From assembly GCA_008632985.1 (NCBI GenBank), contig QPGO01000294.1:1-64000 (forward strand): 64,000 nt of DNA, given 5' to 3'. The notes below the pieces were generated by a model, which saw only the letters and a program-made list of their open reading frames with translations, did not search any database and was not told where the DNA came from. A program made the translations under genes and the position numbers. This document shows positions 24,727 to 38,275 of this stretch, one piece after another. Source of the stretch: Psammoneis japonica. Taxonomy: Eukaryota. The stretch's first letter is position 1. Each line of letters starts with the position of its first letter.

Positions 24727-27700
24727 TGGATCTCGCCGCCTCCATCTCCACAAACCATTGGGCGCCCTCCAGACATTCATCAGCAAATGTCTTCCCTGTC
24801 TCTTGCTCGCGTGTTCCGACGCACCAGCAAGAGTCGACCTTTCTTCCTCCAACACGGCTCCACTCCACTTCCTTGCTTTGAGCCCCAGTCTTCTCTTCGG
24901 AGGAGCACGGCCCAACCATGAGTGGCAACCCTTCTGCCGAGACCATTTCGGCGTGGCAATCTCTTTTAGACGGACGAAGTTGCCATCCACCGGCTGATCG
25001 ACGCATTGATTTCTCACGCTTGAAAACCAACGAACCCATCGGTGATGGCCTCAACCCCAAGCTGCCACACCACACCCGATCACACGCCTTCAACGCCAAT
25101 GGATGTAAGTTTGACAAACGAGGTGGTGACACAACCGAATGCTGCCAGGTGGCCAATGAAATCCAAGCCGACATTGTTGGCACATCTGAAGCATGTTTGG
25201 ATGCAACACAATGCGACATCTTGTCAGCATGCAGGTCTGCGGTTTCCAATTCCTTGTTGCACGGCAGAGGCACGTTCTCCACCAGCTCTGCTCCATTCAC
25301 TGCGCAGTGCAAACCAGGCGGAACTGCCCTGTTTTCTTGCAATTCAGTGTCAGCGCGGCATCGATCCCAACATTCTGATCCTCTCGGGCGATGGTCCATC
25401 CAGGTGTTTGACGGTCGCAATGGGAGACAAGCCATGTTCGCATCATGCCACAGAGTTTGTGCCAAGAACCAGCAACAACCAGGAAAAACCACCGCGTTTG
25501 CTCAACAACAATGCCTCCTCCGACGGAATGGCAACTCTGTTGCAGACCCACGGAAAGCATTTTGTACAGATTTAGCCCGTGTTCTCCAAGACTTTACAAC
25601 TGACTCCAACAGAGAAGTTACATTGTTTGGTGACTTCAGTGCGGATTTCGAATTCGACACCGATTCCTTGGCAAGCCCAGCACAACGATTCAATTTTTCG
25701 GACGCATTCTTCAATCTCATTGGCAATGCCAATTTTTCCACATGCACCCGTGGATCCAAACGCCTTGACTTCATTCTTGCTTTGCCGGGAGCATTGTCAG
25801 CAGTCAGATTTGGAGGGTGCGAAGCCTTTGGATGTCACATCACTTCTGACCACAGAGCTTGTCACGTGGACTTCGACACGGCAGCATTGTTTGGGAACCC
25901 CACAGTTGATTTACCTGAAGCATGCTTTCAAGACATTCAGGCTTCCTTGAAACCCCACGTCACAGCTTGCTTGAAATCCATTGGTCCCATGTTGGAAAGC
26001 CGCTCAGTGTTGGAAAGGACAACATGGCTTTTAGCGCTCAACGAACCCAATCATGAGCTGGCAGAGCGATTGGATCATGACATCTTACAGTTTTCCTTGT
26101 CTGCGGCCAAACACTGCAGGCGACATCGAGAACCCGACTGGTCAGTGGAGCTGTCGGACCTTCGCCATTGCGCCTGCATTTTCTCCAGAGTGGTTTCCAT
26201 GATGCGCACCAAAATTGATTGTGTGTCTCAGATTCAACGGATTTGGGACAAACTCAAAGGTTCCTTCATCATTCCTGAGACTCTCCAAGAATGTGTGGCT
26301 GCCCTGCAAGAAGCTCAATCAGATTGTAAAAGGTTGGCAGCAGGCAGTGTTGTTCATTGGGAGAGAGAAATGTTGACTGAAATCACCACCCTTGACTTGG
26401 AAGGAACCAAACAGTCCCGAAAGCAAGCTTCAATCCTTTGCAATGTTCGAAAAGCAGAAGAGATGGCACGTCTTTTCAAGAAGATCAAATCATGCAAAGC
26501 AGAGCGTGACACTGGCATCAACAGCGTACAAGTTCCAAGGAACCCAAACACACATCCTAAAGAATGTGACGACTGGATTGCTCTCGATGCACCAGAAGAC
26601 GTCGCTGCTGCTCTTCGCACTCGGAATCAGAAACATTTTGGACAGGCTCAAGGAACCCCTCCGACCGCACCTCCTTTGTCCGTGGACCTTGGATTCACCG
26701 GCGATGCTGTCATGGCGGAACTTGTGTTAGACGGTGACTGTGACACTTCATCTCTCAATGAGGCTGCCGCTCAATTGATCGCATGTTCAAAACGGGCGAT
26801 CTCCTGTTTCAGTGTCGAATGAATTGACCGAAGCAGAGTCAGAGGGCAAAATCAAAGGTTGGAAGGAGTCTACCTCTGCGTCTCTGCACTCTGGTTTACA
26901 TTTGGGACATTGGAAAGCTGTGCACGCGCCTCATCAATTCTCGGATGCTCCTGTTTTGGACAATGAAGACGACTCCGAATGCACTGCTTTGGACAACATC
27001 CAACAGACTTTGATCCAAATTTGCCTCAACCTCCTTAATTGTGCTTTGCGGTGGGGTTGTTCCTTTGACCGTTGGAAGGACATGGTCAACGTGATGATTT
27101 TCAAAGAACCTGGCAACAACAAGATTCGCCGCCTGCGTGCAATTCACATCTACAAAGCCGACTTTCAGCTTGTTGCTGGCGTCAAGTGGAGAGCTCTAGC
27201 TCAAAACATGGAACATCAACGGTCATGCAATCCCGGCATTTACGGCACTCGTCCCTTTCTCAATGCCCATGCCCCGGTTTGTCTTTGAGGAACTCATGCT
27301 CGAGACCAGTCGAGCATCTCGCAAGTCAACTGTCACCAGCAACGACGATTGCACGTCATGTTTTGACAGGAACATTCCCGCTTTGGTCACTGTCCAGAAC
27401 CGCAGCAATGGCGTGCCCAAGAAAGTCACCCAAGTCGCCAACACCACGCTTCACAAAGCTCGCCACTGGTTGAAAACCGTTCTCGGATTATCTCCAACGT
27501 CCTGTTCCCACTCTGAGGAGTTGCCTGTTCTCGGGACGGGGCAAGGCAGTGGTGGATCGTCATTCGATTGGAACCAAATCTGCAACAGCCTCTTTGACAT
27601 CTTCGATCGTCATGCTCACGGCGCGTTTTTCGAAACCCCTGACAGAACAACGTCTGTGCGAATGTTTTGGCCAAGGCTGTGTTTGACAACACTTCCAAAC

Positions 27701-30700
27701 AAGCCAACAATTTTTGCTCATCTCCCCAGCCTTGTGTGCTTGAACTCGCTTTCAAAATGCAAGAGGACAATCAATTGTGGTGCAATCTCTTGAACGCCGC
27801 AGGTCACGAACTGGAGCTGCCCAAATGTTCATTCCACGCCATCGAATGGATGTTTACAGATGATGGTGAGCCTTGTCTCAGACCTTGCAACGATGAACTC
27901 ATGATCGAGATCGCATCTGCCGACAGGACCACGAGTTGACAGAGCAAACAGCTGTCTGCACACTCCTCCCACAAAACCTTGGGCACCTGCAAGGCTCCTG
28001 TCGGCAGCCAGAAGACGCAACATTCGGCGCTTAAGAAGAAAAGTGACGACATTGCCATGTTCCTCCGCTCTTGCCCTTTGGACCGTCACAAAGCTTGGAC
28101 CCATTGCTTTGCGTGTTGCTTGTCTTCCATGACTTGCGTTCTTCCAAACACTCATTTTCTTCCCAAGGAACCATTGGAAATGCAGCAAAAGGCAGTGCGC
28201 ATTGTCGTCGCTAAATGCGGACACAATCGGAACATGAAACGCGATGTCTTGTTTGGACCCCACTCTTCAGGTGGAGGAGGTTTTCGTTCATTGGATGTTG
28301 AGCAAGGTGTCGCTCAAGTGCCACAGTTTTTACGACACTGGCAAGGATCAGGCCAACCACAAGCCATGTCTCAGATTGCCATCTCTTGGGTTCAATTTCA
28401 TCTTGGCACAGGAGTCAGTTTCCTCTGGGACGTGACTTCGAAACTGCCTCATGCAGAGTCAAAATGGTTCATGTCCATGCGGTCTTTTCTTGCAAGAGTG
28501 AATGCACACATCGATTTTGACAACACCGGCGTCCTTCCATTGCAGAGAGACAACGATCAGTGTGTCATGGATGTGGTTTTGGACTCGGGAGTTTTTAACG
28601 ATCGGGAGGTCAGGTGGGCAAATTGCTGCAGATTGCATCTCAACGTTCTCACTGTCTCAGATGTTGCTCTCCCGGACAGTCGGTCTCTCGATCGGCGTGC
28701 ATTGGAGGGCAACCGTTCTCTTTTCAGTGGTGTGTCAAAGTTGAACCCAGTGGAACAACAGTGCCCGTCTGCGTGTGCATGGAAACAATGGAAGAGATTT
28801 TGCTCCCTCTCATGTGTGGACAATGCTGCGACTCTCAAAGGTCCTCCAGGACAGTGGGTTGTCTCATCTCTGGACATGCGAATGTCTTGCCTGGTGCACT
28901 GCGAACCGGACAAACAACACTTGTGCATTCGCACCGACTCCGGTTTTCAAGTTTTCCCTTTACGAAACAACTGTGCGGACTCAGTCTCAGAGCCAGAAAC
29001 ATTGCACGATTTGTCTCCATCAGCTGCCCCTGCATTGGCAACCACTGTGGAAGATGGCCGGTGGAGATTGGCTTTGTCCGTTTCTCCCATTGCGATTGCT
29101 GCACAACCCATGGCTCCGAACGACTTCATGACGATGTTGCAGCCCCTGCCCAAATGGGAAGCTTCGTCATTTGCCAACATCTCATTGCACAGATCCATCT
29201 TCGAAATTGCAGACTGTTTGAGAACATCACGAGCTTCTGTGGGCAGCGATGGATCGGTCATTGAATTTTGTGGGACCTTTGGCTGGACATTGACAGTTTC
29301 AGGTGTCCCTTTGGTGGATTGCGCTGGCCCCGTGTTTGGTTTTTGTCCTTCGTCTTATCGGGCAGAGGCATGTGGCATTTTGTCTGTGCTGCGGTTCATT
29401 TTTCGGACAATGGAATGTTGCCAATCAACATTCCCTCTTGGTCTGGACATTCATTGCGACAACTCTTCGTCATTCCGACACGTTTTGGACTTTGCAGCCT
29501 TGCCACCGTTGCCTGACGATCTTGACGAATCCAACCGAGTTCGTGACTGTCACCAACGTCATCATCTGGCAAACACTTTGTCATCAGAATGGGATTTGCC
29601 ACATGAAACATGTGACGCGTTCCAGCCCTGTGTGGGAGCTCGCAGTGCTGACGTGTGACACAAACAATTTTCATCATCCATCGTACGTTTCGCACGCAGC
29701 TTTCTACGTGTGACATTTAAAAAAAATTGTCCAGACTTGCTGTTTTGCGAAGCCCCAGACGTTTTATGCAACGAATTTGTGGAAACAACAATGCGCCAAT
29801 TGCATTCTTCAATGTCTGAAGAATGCAGCTGGCTGAGCAAACAATGATGTGCTTCAATCATGGGCGAGTTTGTGCGTTCGCAAAATTGCCTCATTTTCTG
29901 TTGGCGATCATTGACACTTTAATTGCCGCACAGTTTTACTGCGGAGCTCGCACACAGAAGTCTGCGGGCCCAATGTCACACGGATTCCCACCTGCGTCTG
30001 GAACGCGTCACACAAATCGACTTGTGAGATGTCGAGTTTCTCTTTCGGTGAATCAACCGGAACACCAGCGGCATTTTGTTGGGTGAAAGGCCATCAAGAC
30101 AATGACGCACCTCTCGATTCTCTTTCGTTGCCAGCCAAATTGAGTGTCCGAGCAGACATGTTAGCGGGTCGACACCATGGTCACTTTTCAGGAGACGTGC
30201 TGGTGGCGCCAAGAACCCCTCATTGTTTGGCGAATTTAGTTGTCCAAAATGCAACAGTGAACTCGAATTTCAAGTCTGCCCTTCGTTTCGAAGCATCAAG
30301 TCCAGCCCTCATCAAGTGCATGAAAGACAAGCATGGTTGGACGGACTTGGCATGTGAGTCTGTCGATTGGACAGTGCACTCCAAATTAATGTCACGGAAC
30401 ATCAGACGAAAGGTGAGCACTGTCAAGTTGGTGCAAGATTTGCTTCCTGCTAACAAGATCGTGCACCGGCACAATCCTGTACGACCCAATTGCTGCACTC
30501 ACTGCCAACACCCAAAGGAAGACCGTGACCACATTCTGCGCTGTCCTCACAACGAAGAGTGGTGCAGAAAGTTTTTACAAGGCTTGCGGAAGAAGTGCGA
30601 CGACATCCACACATCACCTTCCATCCGTGATTTGATCATTTCATCTGTCGAGTCGTGGTTCCGCAAAGAAATCATGTGTTCCGATGGGCTGCATCGGAGT

Positions 30701-31150
30701 GCAGCAGCAACACTTCGATCCCAGGATGCCATCAGTTGGAGACATCTCTTCAGTGGACGCTTTTCCCGAGAATGGAACGTGGCGCAACGAGCTTGCTTGT
30801 CATCTGGTGGATTGCATCAGGATCTTTCGGACAAAGAAAAGCGCTTGGACTGGGCAGCAACGATTGGGAACCACATTTGGGAACAATGGTGGGATTTGTG
30901 AGATTCTCACAACGATGCTGTGCATGGCCATGATTCGGACACTGGGAAGTCTTCTCAGCGATGAGACGCCAAAGCAGAGGTTCGGGCCATTCACTCAAAA
31001 TCGGACGAATGTCTTGCAAAGGACAGGGCTCAACTTTTTGACTCAGTCAATGATCACCTCACACATTCAACCCATCGCCTTCGGAATTGGTTAGCTGTGG
31101 TAAAACCAATGTTCAAGTCGAGCATGAAAGAGGCCAAGCGCCTTGCTCTG
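24727..31150 (+). pseudogene. LINE ORF2: AP endonuclease, RT, RNase H, CCHC finger (disrupted, MITE inserted)
   Basis: APE: N.NG, KPGGT, DPLGRW, GDF, RLDFI, SDHR. RT: KEPGN.KI.RLR.I, GTGQGS. RNase H: SDGS, SYRAEA[C]G, [C]DN, WVKGHQD. Finger: C..C....EDRDH...C. Confidence 0.9.
29614..30009 (+). mobile_element. MITE family A, copy 2 (396 bp), inserted in the LINE RNase H
   Basis: Termini GACGCGTTCCAG...CTGGAACGCGTC; colinear with 20969-21364; flanks ATGT/ACAC (inferred mutated ATAT TSD). Confidence 0.92.
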
Positions 31151-34100
31151 CGCGGCACATGAATGATCGCTGGTCACTTCGGCGTGGCATCGTCTGTGGA
31201 CGATGCCGATCTTGGCCAATTGCCACACACTCCTGCCGCACTGTCAGTGTGCTGGGAGTGTGGGTTAGCTTGTTGCCGGAGTTGCGGGGCGGAAGCGCAG
31301 CAGCACTTTAAAGATGGAATTTTGGTTTTGATTTCACCTTGGCATGAAGCTCCTCTGATGAGGTCTTGGGTGCCCAGGAAAAGATGTGCTGCGAAAAGTG
31401 CTGACTCCAAAAAATGACGTTGTGGATTTCATCAATTGGCGCTGTGGTGAATGTGCGCAAAGCAATGTTGAAAAAGAGCACACAGTGGCAGTGGCCATTC
31501 AGCGGGGCTGTGATGCAGCACTCATTCACTCACTCCAACATGGGACATGGTGAGCCATTGCAATGGAATCCTTGACACAGAACATGACCCTCTTTGTGAG
31601 AATGGTGAGGACGGAATTCTCGGCGTCAGATCTTCCAAAACGATCCATCAAGGCAAAGAAATGTGCACAACCTGTGATCTGTACATTGACTGTGGAGATG
31701 TGGTGACTGTTGGGGTGTGGCTGAATCCCCAGCTCTGGATCTTTCCCAGTCAAGGTGTTTGCTTCAAAGTGGAAGGGTGCTGTGACGAAAGCAAAGAATT
31801 TGAACTTGACGTTTGGTTGGAAGTGGAGCCTGAGCACCCAGGAAAGGATGCACTTGGATTGCCAGAAAAAAGTCTTTTTCTTCAGCAGCATCTCAAGGAA
31901 TTTGAAGAAAAGAGGGATTCACACCTCAAGGCTGGAGGATGTTTTACAAAATGCAGCTCTTCAATGCAAAATCAGACGCAACAGAAGCTGTGCTTGAGTG
32001 GTTGGAGGAACGCGACAACAAGCTGCAAGGTGTTTTAAAGCTCCGCCTCACTGCAACTTGTCTCTTGAGGAGATTCACAAGCGGAAGAAATTTCTGGATC
32101 CCTGTGGCATGGAAATGCTCAGACGAGATTGTTGAATGACTTGTGGGTGAACAGGTTGACAAGGTCGGAGGACTGTCTTTGCTGACAGCAGCATTGGAGC
32201 TGGCTTGGTGGCTTGTCATGCCCTGGATGAGGCAGGACTCGTTTGCAAATGTCTTGACATCAACAATGCAGTCAAGACAAAGAACAAGAAGATTGCGTGG
32301 TGTCAACTGGGGGATGCCACAAACGAAGAAAAACAAAGGCCTCATTTGTCAGTGCTTCACTTTGAGCATGCAGCTGGACCAAACCTTCAGACAGAATGCC
32401 ATGAAATGATTCTGCTTTTGCCCCTTTACTTTGGAGAGGGAGGCACAACCAGCGATGCTGTCTTGGATGCCAGCACAGAATGGCAGGCCATTGGGAGAGT
32501 GTTTGGACCCGGACAGAGCAGCCCGGTTGTCAATCTCTTCAGGATTAAAGTTCGTGGTCCCAACGATGAAGAGTGCCTTGATGGTCAGCCAATTTGCCAA
32601 AACACTGACGAGGAGACAATCGTGATGGCAATCAATGCTGGGGATGAATGAAGATCATGTGGTGTTTGCTGCAATTGTTCTCAGTCAGTGTTGATCTGTT
32701 TGGCGCTTGCTTGTTCCTCCTTCTGATGCTTCAGATGAAGTCCTTCCTCAAATCATTGTTGTCCAAGTTGACTCTGCCCAGCCTTGTTGCCTGGAACCAC
32801 ACACAAAGAGAACATCATTTGAGAAACATCCAGACTTGTTTGGTCTGCTGCAACTTAGAAACAACTGGCTGCCTCAACACTGCATCTGTTGTGTGCAAAG
32901 TGTCAATCTTGACAACAAACTGGGTTTTGCAGAAATGTTGCTGGGAGAAGAATGTGCCCAAAGCCAGCAACTCCAGCTGCTGTGGTGTGCATTCAGAGTC
33001 AAAAGAGCAGACAGCTGGGGGGGGGGGATTGTCAAAAATCTAACTGCAGCAGGGTCTCCACATCTTTCAGCTTGATCTGTGGACAGCCAATGGCCTCCCC
33101 CTGCAGAAGTCCCCTTCGCACACTTTTGCAGGATTGGATGCTGGTGTGCTGATGGCTCAGATTTGCTCAAGCACAGGCTTTTCCCCAGAGAGCCACCTGC
33201 TGCCAGCATTGTCACATTTTGAAGAGTTTTTGCCACACCATTGATTGAGTGCCAAAAGAGTGAAGAGGAAACAAAAATCTCCAATGCCAAGGATCAGGCA
33301 ACACATTTTCAGGCACCCCCCTGGCAGATGACTTGATGCACCCAGACATGACTTGCCCATGAGATCGTTCATTTTGCTGCAACGAGGCCCCACATGCACC
33401 ATTGCTCAGCAAGCCATGCCCTCTGCTTGCAAAAGAAAAATGTCCCTGCACACACCAGTGCAAAAGCAAATGTGATGGATTTGAAACACAGGTGTGAACA
33501 GCACACAATCAAGCAAAGGCAATTCATTGAAGAAGCCAACCGTTTTTTTGTTCTGCAGCTTGTCAAGACTCACAATCAAGGCCTCTGTTCTTGGCACAAT
33601 TGCCGCACCAAACACAGAGACAGGACAGCCCCAATTGTCAGCATGCAGAGCTGCACTCACCTGCATTGGAGCCACATGTTCTCCCACACAACAATGAAAA
33701 AAAATTTGAGAAAGACAGTCACCATGTGCTTCTTTGAGAATGTGCTGACATGGCTTTGTGAACAAGCCACTGCAGGTTGTGCTCAGAAAAACACCCCTCT
33801 GCCTGACAGATTGGTGGCTTGCATTTGTCACAGATCAAGCCAAAAATGGAAGTCCACAACTTGGACATCATGCACCACTTTGCCAGCTCTGCATCCTTGC
33901 ATTTTTAGAGCAAACAGTGTTGCAGCATGGCCAGGGTTGGTGGGGTTTCAAGTTTGGGTCAGGGGACAGAGAGTGGAAATTTTGTGGCAAAACTTGAAGC
34001 ATGTGTGTGACCAAGCAAGATTCCATCTAAAAAGTCAGTCTGTGACATGACCAAGTTAATCTGCTGTGAGGAGCCAGCACGCAAAATGCTTGCCACAGGT

Positions 34101-36153
34101 GGCATGGTGCCAACAAGAACAACAACGCCATCAACACAGGCTCCCATGCTAAGAAATGTGTTGTTTCTTTTGCTCAGAGCACTGCTCCAATGTTTTCCAT
34201 CACTCCCATTGATTGCACAACAACTCCTTTGAAACACAAGAGCTTCCTTCCTCCAAAATGATGCAGCCACCTGAGTTGATGCACTCATGTCCAGTGCCAT
34301 GGTTGCTGCAAGCGCCTGCCCCTCCAATGACTCCCTGGTGTCATGTTCCCATTGACTGAATGACCATGTGGCTCTTCTGAAACACAACAGCTTCTGCCTC
34401 TGAAACAACATTGCAGCTGCCAGAACTGAAGCACTCATGCCTCCCACAGATGCCAGCACAAGCCCGCCCCTCCAATGTCTTGCAGCCATGGCATTGGCGC
34501 CTGTCCACTGCAGCTCAAAGGTGGTGTTGAAAACATTCCAAGAAAGACACACAACATGCATTGCAAGGAGCAAGAACCTCATGCTGAGCTCCAGCCATCA
34601 AGCTGTCTTCATCCATCTTGACATTCAAAGTCCAGCCAGTGCTGCATGCTGTGAGCTGAGTGAACCACTGTTGCTGGTGCTGGAAGCACCAGAGACAAAC
34701 AAGCTGAAACACAGTCACATGTGCTGGCACTGTTTCACCTGAAAAAAGGACAGAGATTGCACATGAGCATGCCCCACTGGCAATCAACAGACTGCACCCA
34801 AGACTCAACTGGCAGCTGGAACGTCATGATTCAGCAGCGTGGTTGCGAGTGAATCTGGATGGAGAGCCATGTTGCAATTGGTGATTGGTCAACATGTGTG
34901 AGTTGAGTGGTGCTGCAGCAACCCGCTCACAATCCAATCAGGTTTGGGCTCGCATTGACAGTGTTGCCACTTTCCATTGGACGCAAGGTGTTGCACTTGT
35001 TCTTTCGTTGCAGCTGTAGAAACGGCGCTGAACTGCATGCGATGCGTCAGAATTCGGATTGATGCACACGAAGATGCGTCTCGTGTTGCTTGTTGTGATG
35101 TCCACAAAACAGCTTGCAATGGCAACACTTGCAATGACAGTCACTGTCCTCACATGTGTGATGGGTGTGAGGGGACTGCGGCGTTGGGCGACATGCCCGA
35201 GCGTGTGCTCAACAATGTCGGTTGACATGAACGACACAGGGCTGATCACCCTGACGTTGGGTGGCTGTGTGAACCCGTCATCACAACACAGAGAAAGTGC
35301 AGCCACCATGACCATGCAGACTCACAGCTGTGTGTCCCTGATGCGGGACCTTTGCACCCTTTCTTTGTCACAGGATGGCAGCAGCGGCAGCACCAGCAGC
35401 AGCACTTGTGGCACCAGCTGCAGCAGCTGACGTTGACGCAGTTTTGCAAGTTTGTGGTGTTGCTGACCAGAACGCAAGGGCAAGGTTGGTTTTCTGCGAA
35501 GGGTTCGCGACTTTGGAAAACATCGCAGTGATGGAGAGTGACCATGATGTGGAAGATGTGGCGCAGAGGGCATCTCGTCGCACGGTGGCCGACGGATGCG
35601 TGACTCTCGGGACTGTTCAGATCAAGAACTTGCAGGCGCTAGCATGGCGGTGCCAGGATTTGCTCAAATGGAGTCAGCCATTGGTCGCGGCAGACTTCAA
35701 TGCAGAAGCTGTGGCTGTGGCCCGGGATGGCAGGCACATTGAAAAGGAGCGCACGGACTTGGATGCGTCGGCAAGTGGCCTCGTGAAGTTCAAGCCTGAT
35801 GATTTTGATGTGTGCGAAGACGCTTTCTTGAATCTCCTGGCACAGAAGTTTGGCCTGTTGAAAGAGCCCCTTCGCCATGTGGCAAGGACGATGCCAGCTC
35901 TGGCTGCATTCACGGACACCCAACAACAGCGCATGCACCAGACACCTTTGAATGGTGCCGCATGTGACGAGGACAACCGCAGCGTTTGTCGCATGTTGAA
36001 GGAACACTTGGTTGACATGGCAGGATGGGCATGGATCAAACCATTTAATGCAACAGAAGATGGACGTGGAGCATTCAACGCGTGGGTTGACCATTGCAAC
36101 AGACAGGGCGAGTTGAGCAAGTGCACTCATCTGGCTGTGGCAACTGTTGAAAC

Positions 36154-36719
36154 GACGTGTTCCAGTCCCAGGTGACACACAAAACGACAATCGATTTTGA
36201 ACATAAATTGTGTGTCTCTCAGTGTGTGAAGCATTTTCACATAAAATGCTCAGGCGGATTGGCTTTTACAGGCATCTGGAGCATGAATGATTGTGAAGAA
36301 TTAAACAGTTTTTTGTGGGGTGTTGAATTCCTCATGGGATGTGCATCACAAACTTCCTCAGTGGACTGAGTGCTGATTGCACGTCCGCACTCTTTCTACA
36401 GAAATTTCTTTGTAAGCAGCAAACACACGAAAAAGCATCGCAGCAAGGCACATTTAGTCAACGTCCAAACAACGGCAATGATTTCGCCGAAAATCATCCG
36501 TTGTGTCATGACTCGTTTGTCGCAATGAAAAACATTGATGGCACAATGACAATGACTTTGCAACACTCACACGAGTCTTGTCAGTGTTGCAAAACATTAG
36601 AATTTTAGCAAGTCTATGCTTTTGGTGGTGAAAAACCGTTCGCAAGTCAGAGACCGCGCAAAAATTGCGCAAATGTCGTTTTTGTGCACGATTTGGGTCA
36701 CGTGCGGCTGGAACACGTC
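36154..36719 (+). mobile_element. MITE family B (566 bp) inserted in gag
   Basis: Perfect 12-bp TIR GACGTGTTCCAG/CTGGAACACGTC; 4-bp TSD AAAC; gag resumes afterwards (TLFYKKE). Confidence 0.9.
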
Positions 36720-37878
36720 AAACCTTGTTTTACAAAAAGGAAGGATCGCTCCCGTTCGAAAAGTTCAATGAGAAACTCACCAGTGCTTTCGCTGCTTTGA
36801 ACAAATCACCGGACGACCACAAATCTGAACGACAGAAAGTTGACATTCTCCCAAAAGGGATCCGAACGGATGACCCTCGTCTCATTGCAGCAACGGCTGT
36901 CATTGGCAGCCAGCACCCTCGTGACTTCGCGGGGGCATGTGCTCATTTCTCATCTGAAGTCTCTCGTTTGCATGCAGGTGCTCAGTTGGAAGCCCGGCAT
37001 TGCTCGAAGTGCAAGATTTCTGAAATGAGCCGTGGTGGCGGTGGTGGCCGCGGCTTTTGTCGAGTTGTGGTTGCGGAGGAAGATTTGGACGTGGGGGCGG
37101 ACGTGGACGTGGTGGTGGACGCCAAGGTGGAGGGGGCAACCACACTGCTGTGATCAATGGAGTGGATGTGTCCGACCCTGCAAGGAGCTTTGGCGCTCAA
37201 GAATGGGAAAAGTTGCAGTGCAATGGAGGCATGAGCTGCGTGTTCCAGGCTCACGAACGAATGGGTCATGGACGCGGTTGTGGCCGTGGGTCTCCCGCAG
37301 GTCAACAAGGACGCGATGGGGGCGGCAGGCATGCAGCTGAAGCCCGAGTCTGTCAAGATGGCCAAGACCAAACCCAACAACAGGATCAGGAGCAAAAGAG
37401 TGGCAGGCGTGGTCGCGGCGCTGACCGTGATCGCGGTGGACGCAATGGACGCGCCTTTGGTCAGGGAGCCCATGATGGTTCCACCTGACTCCTTGGGGTG
37501 GCAACAGCTGCTGGAGCATTGGCACATTTGGCACACTTGTTGTTTTTGCTTGTGTCACTCTTCTTGCTCTTGACTGAACCCCACCCAATGTCTCGTTTCA
37601 AAGGAAAGGCGACAAAGAGACACATTGCTGTAATGTCAAAACGTGTGATCCGATCGACGAGTTCTGCACAGATGACAAATTTGATGACACCTGGGTTTGT
37701 TGCTCGAAATGAATGTGACACTCACATGGACACTTGTTGCGCTGGAGCGAACTGGAAACTCATGGAGTTGACAAATGAAGTTTGCGAAGTGCACCCATTT
37801 CTGGACTCTTGTGAGCCGATCAAACAGATTCCTGTGGCACGTTGTTGCACCGCATGGACAGATCCGGAAACGACTCGT

Positions 37879-38275
37879 GACGAGTTCCAATCCCAGGTGG
37901 GACTCCGTGTGACATTGGGCCCGCAGCATCCTGCGTGCGAGCTCTGTGTTAAAATCATTGATCAATTTAAATGCAAATGATCGCCAACAGAAAAAGAGGC
38001 AATTTTACGAACGTGTCTCCTCCTTCACACTTGCAGCACATGAATGACAGTTTTCATGGGTGTGTTCTACAGACATTAAAGAACACACCCAGTGCATTTT
38101 CATTGTCACAAATGTTGAAAATAGAAAGCCTTTGGCTTCGCAAAATGGGAAGCATGAAACAATTTCATAGAATGTCACACGCAGCCATCTACGTGCGCGA
38201 CATGCGGCGCGATCCAAAAAACTGTTGATGTCACAGTTCAGCACTGCGAGGTCCCACCTAGAGCTGGAACGCATC
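37879..38275 (-). mobile_element. MITE family A-related (397 bp), reverse orientation, inserted in the copia protease region
   Basis: Reverse complement starts GATGCGTTCCAGCTCTAGGTGGGAC; TSD TCGT; empty site at ~57380. Confidence 0.9.

Larger units (their letters stand above)
22923..31329 (+). mobile_element. Full-length degenerate non-LTR retrotransposon (ORF1 plus APE-RT-RNase H-CCHC ORF2), Ambal-like
   Basis: 17-bp TSD GATTTCACCTTGGCATG at 22906-22922 and 31330-31346; empty site at ~51249-51265. Domain motifs are listed under the ORF entries. The clade name is inferred from architecture. Confidence 0.9.

Noticed and set aside
3662..35012. One giant LTR element bounded by the LTRs at 3662 and 34846
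   Set aside because: The first LTR follows pol and the second precedes gag, so they are the 3' and 5' LTRs of successive copies; no TSD seen.
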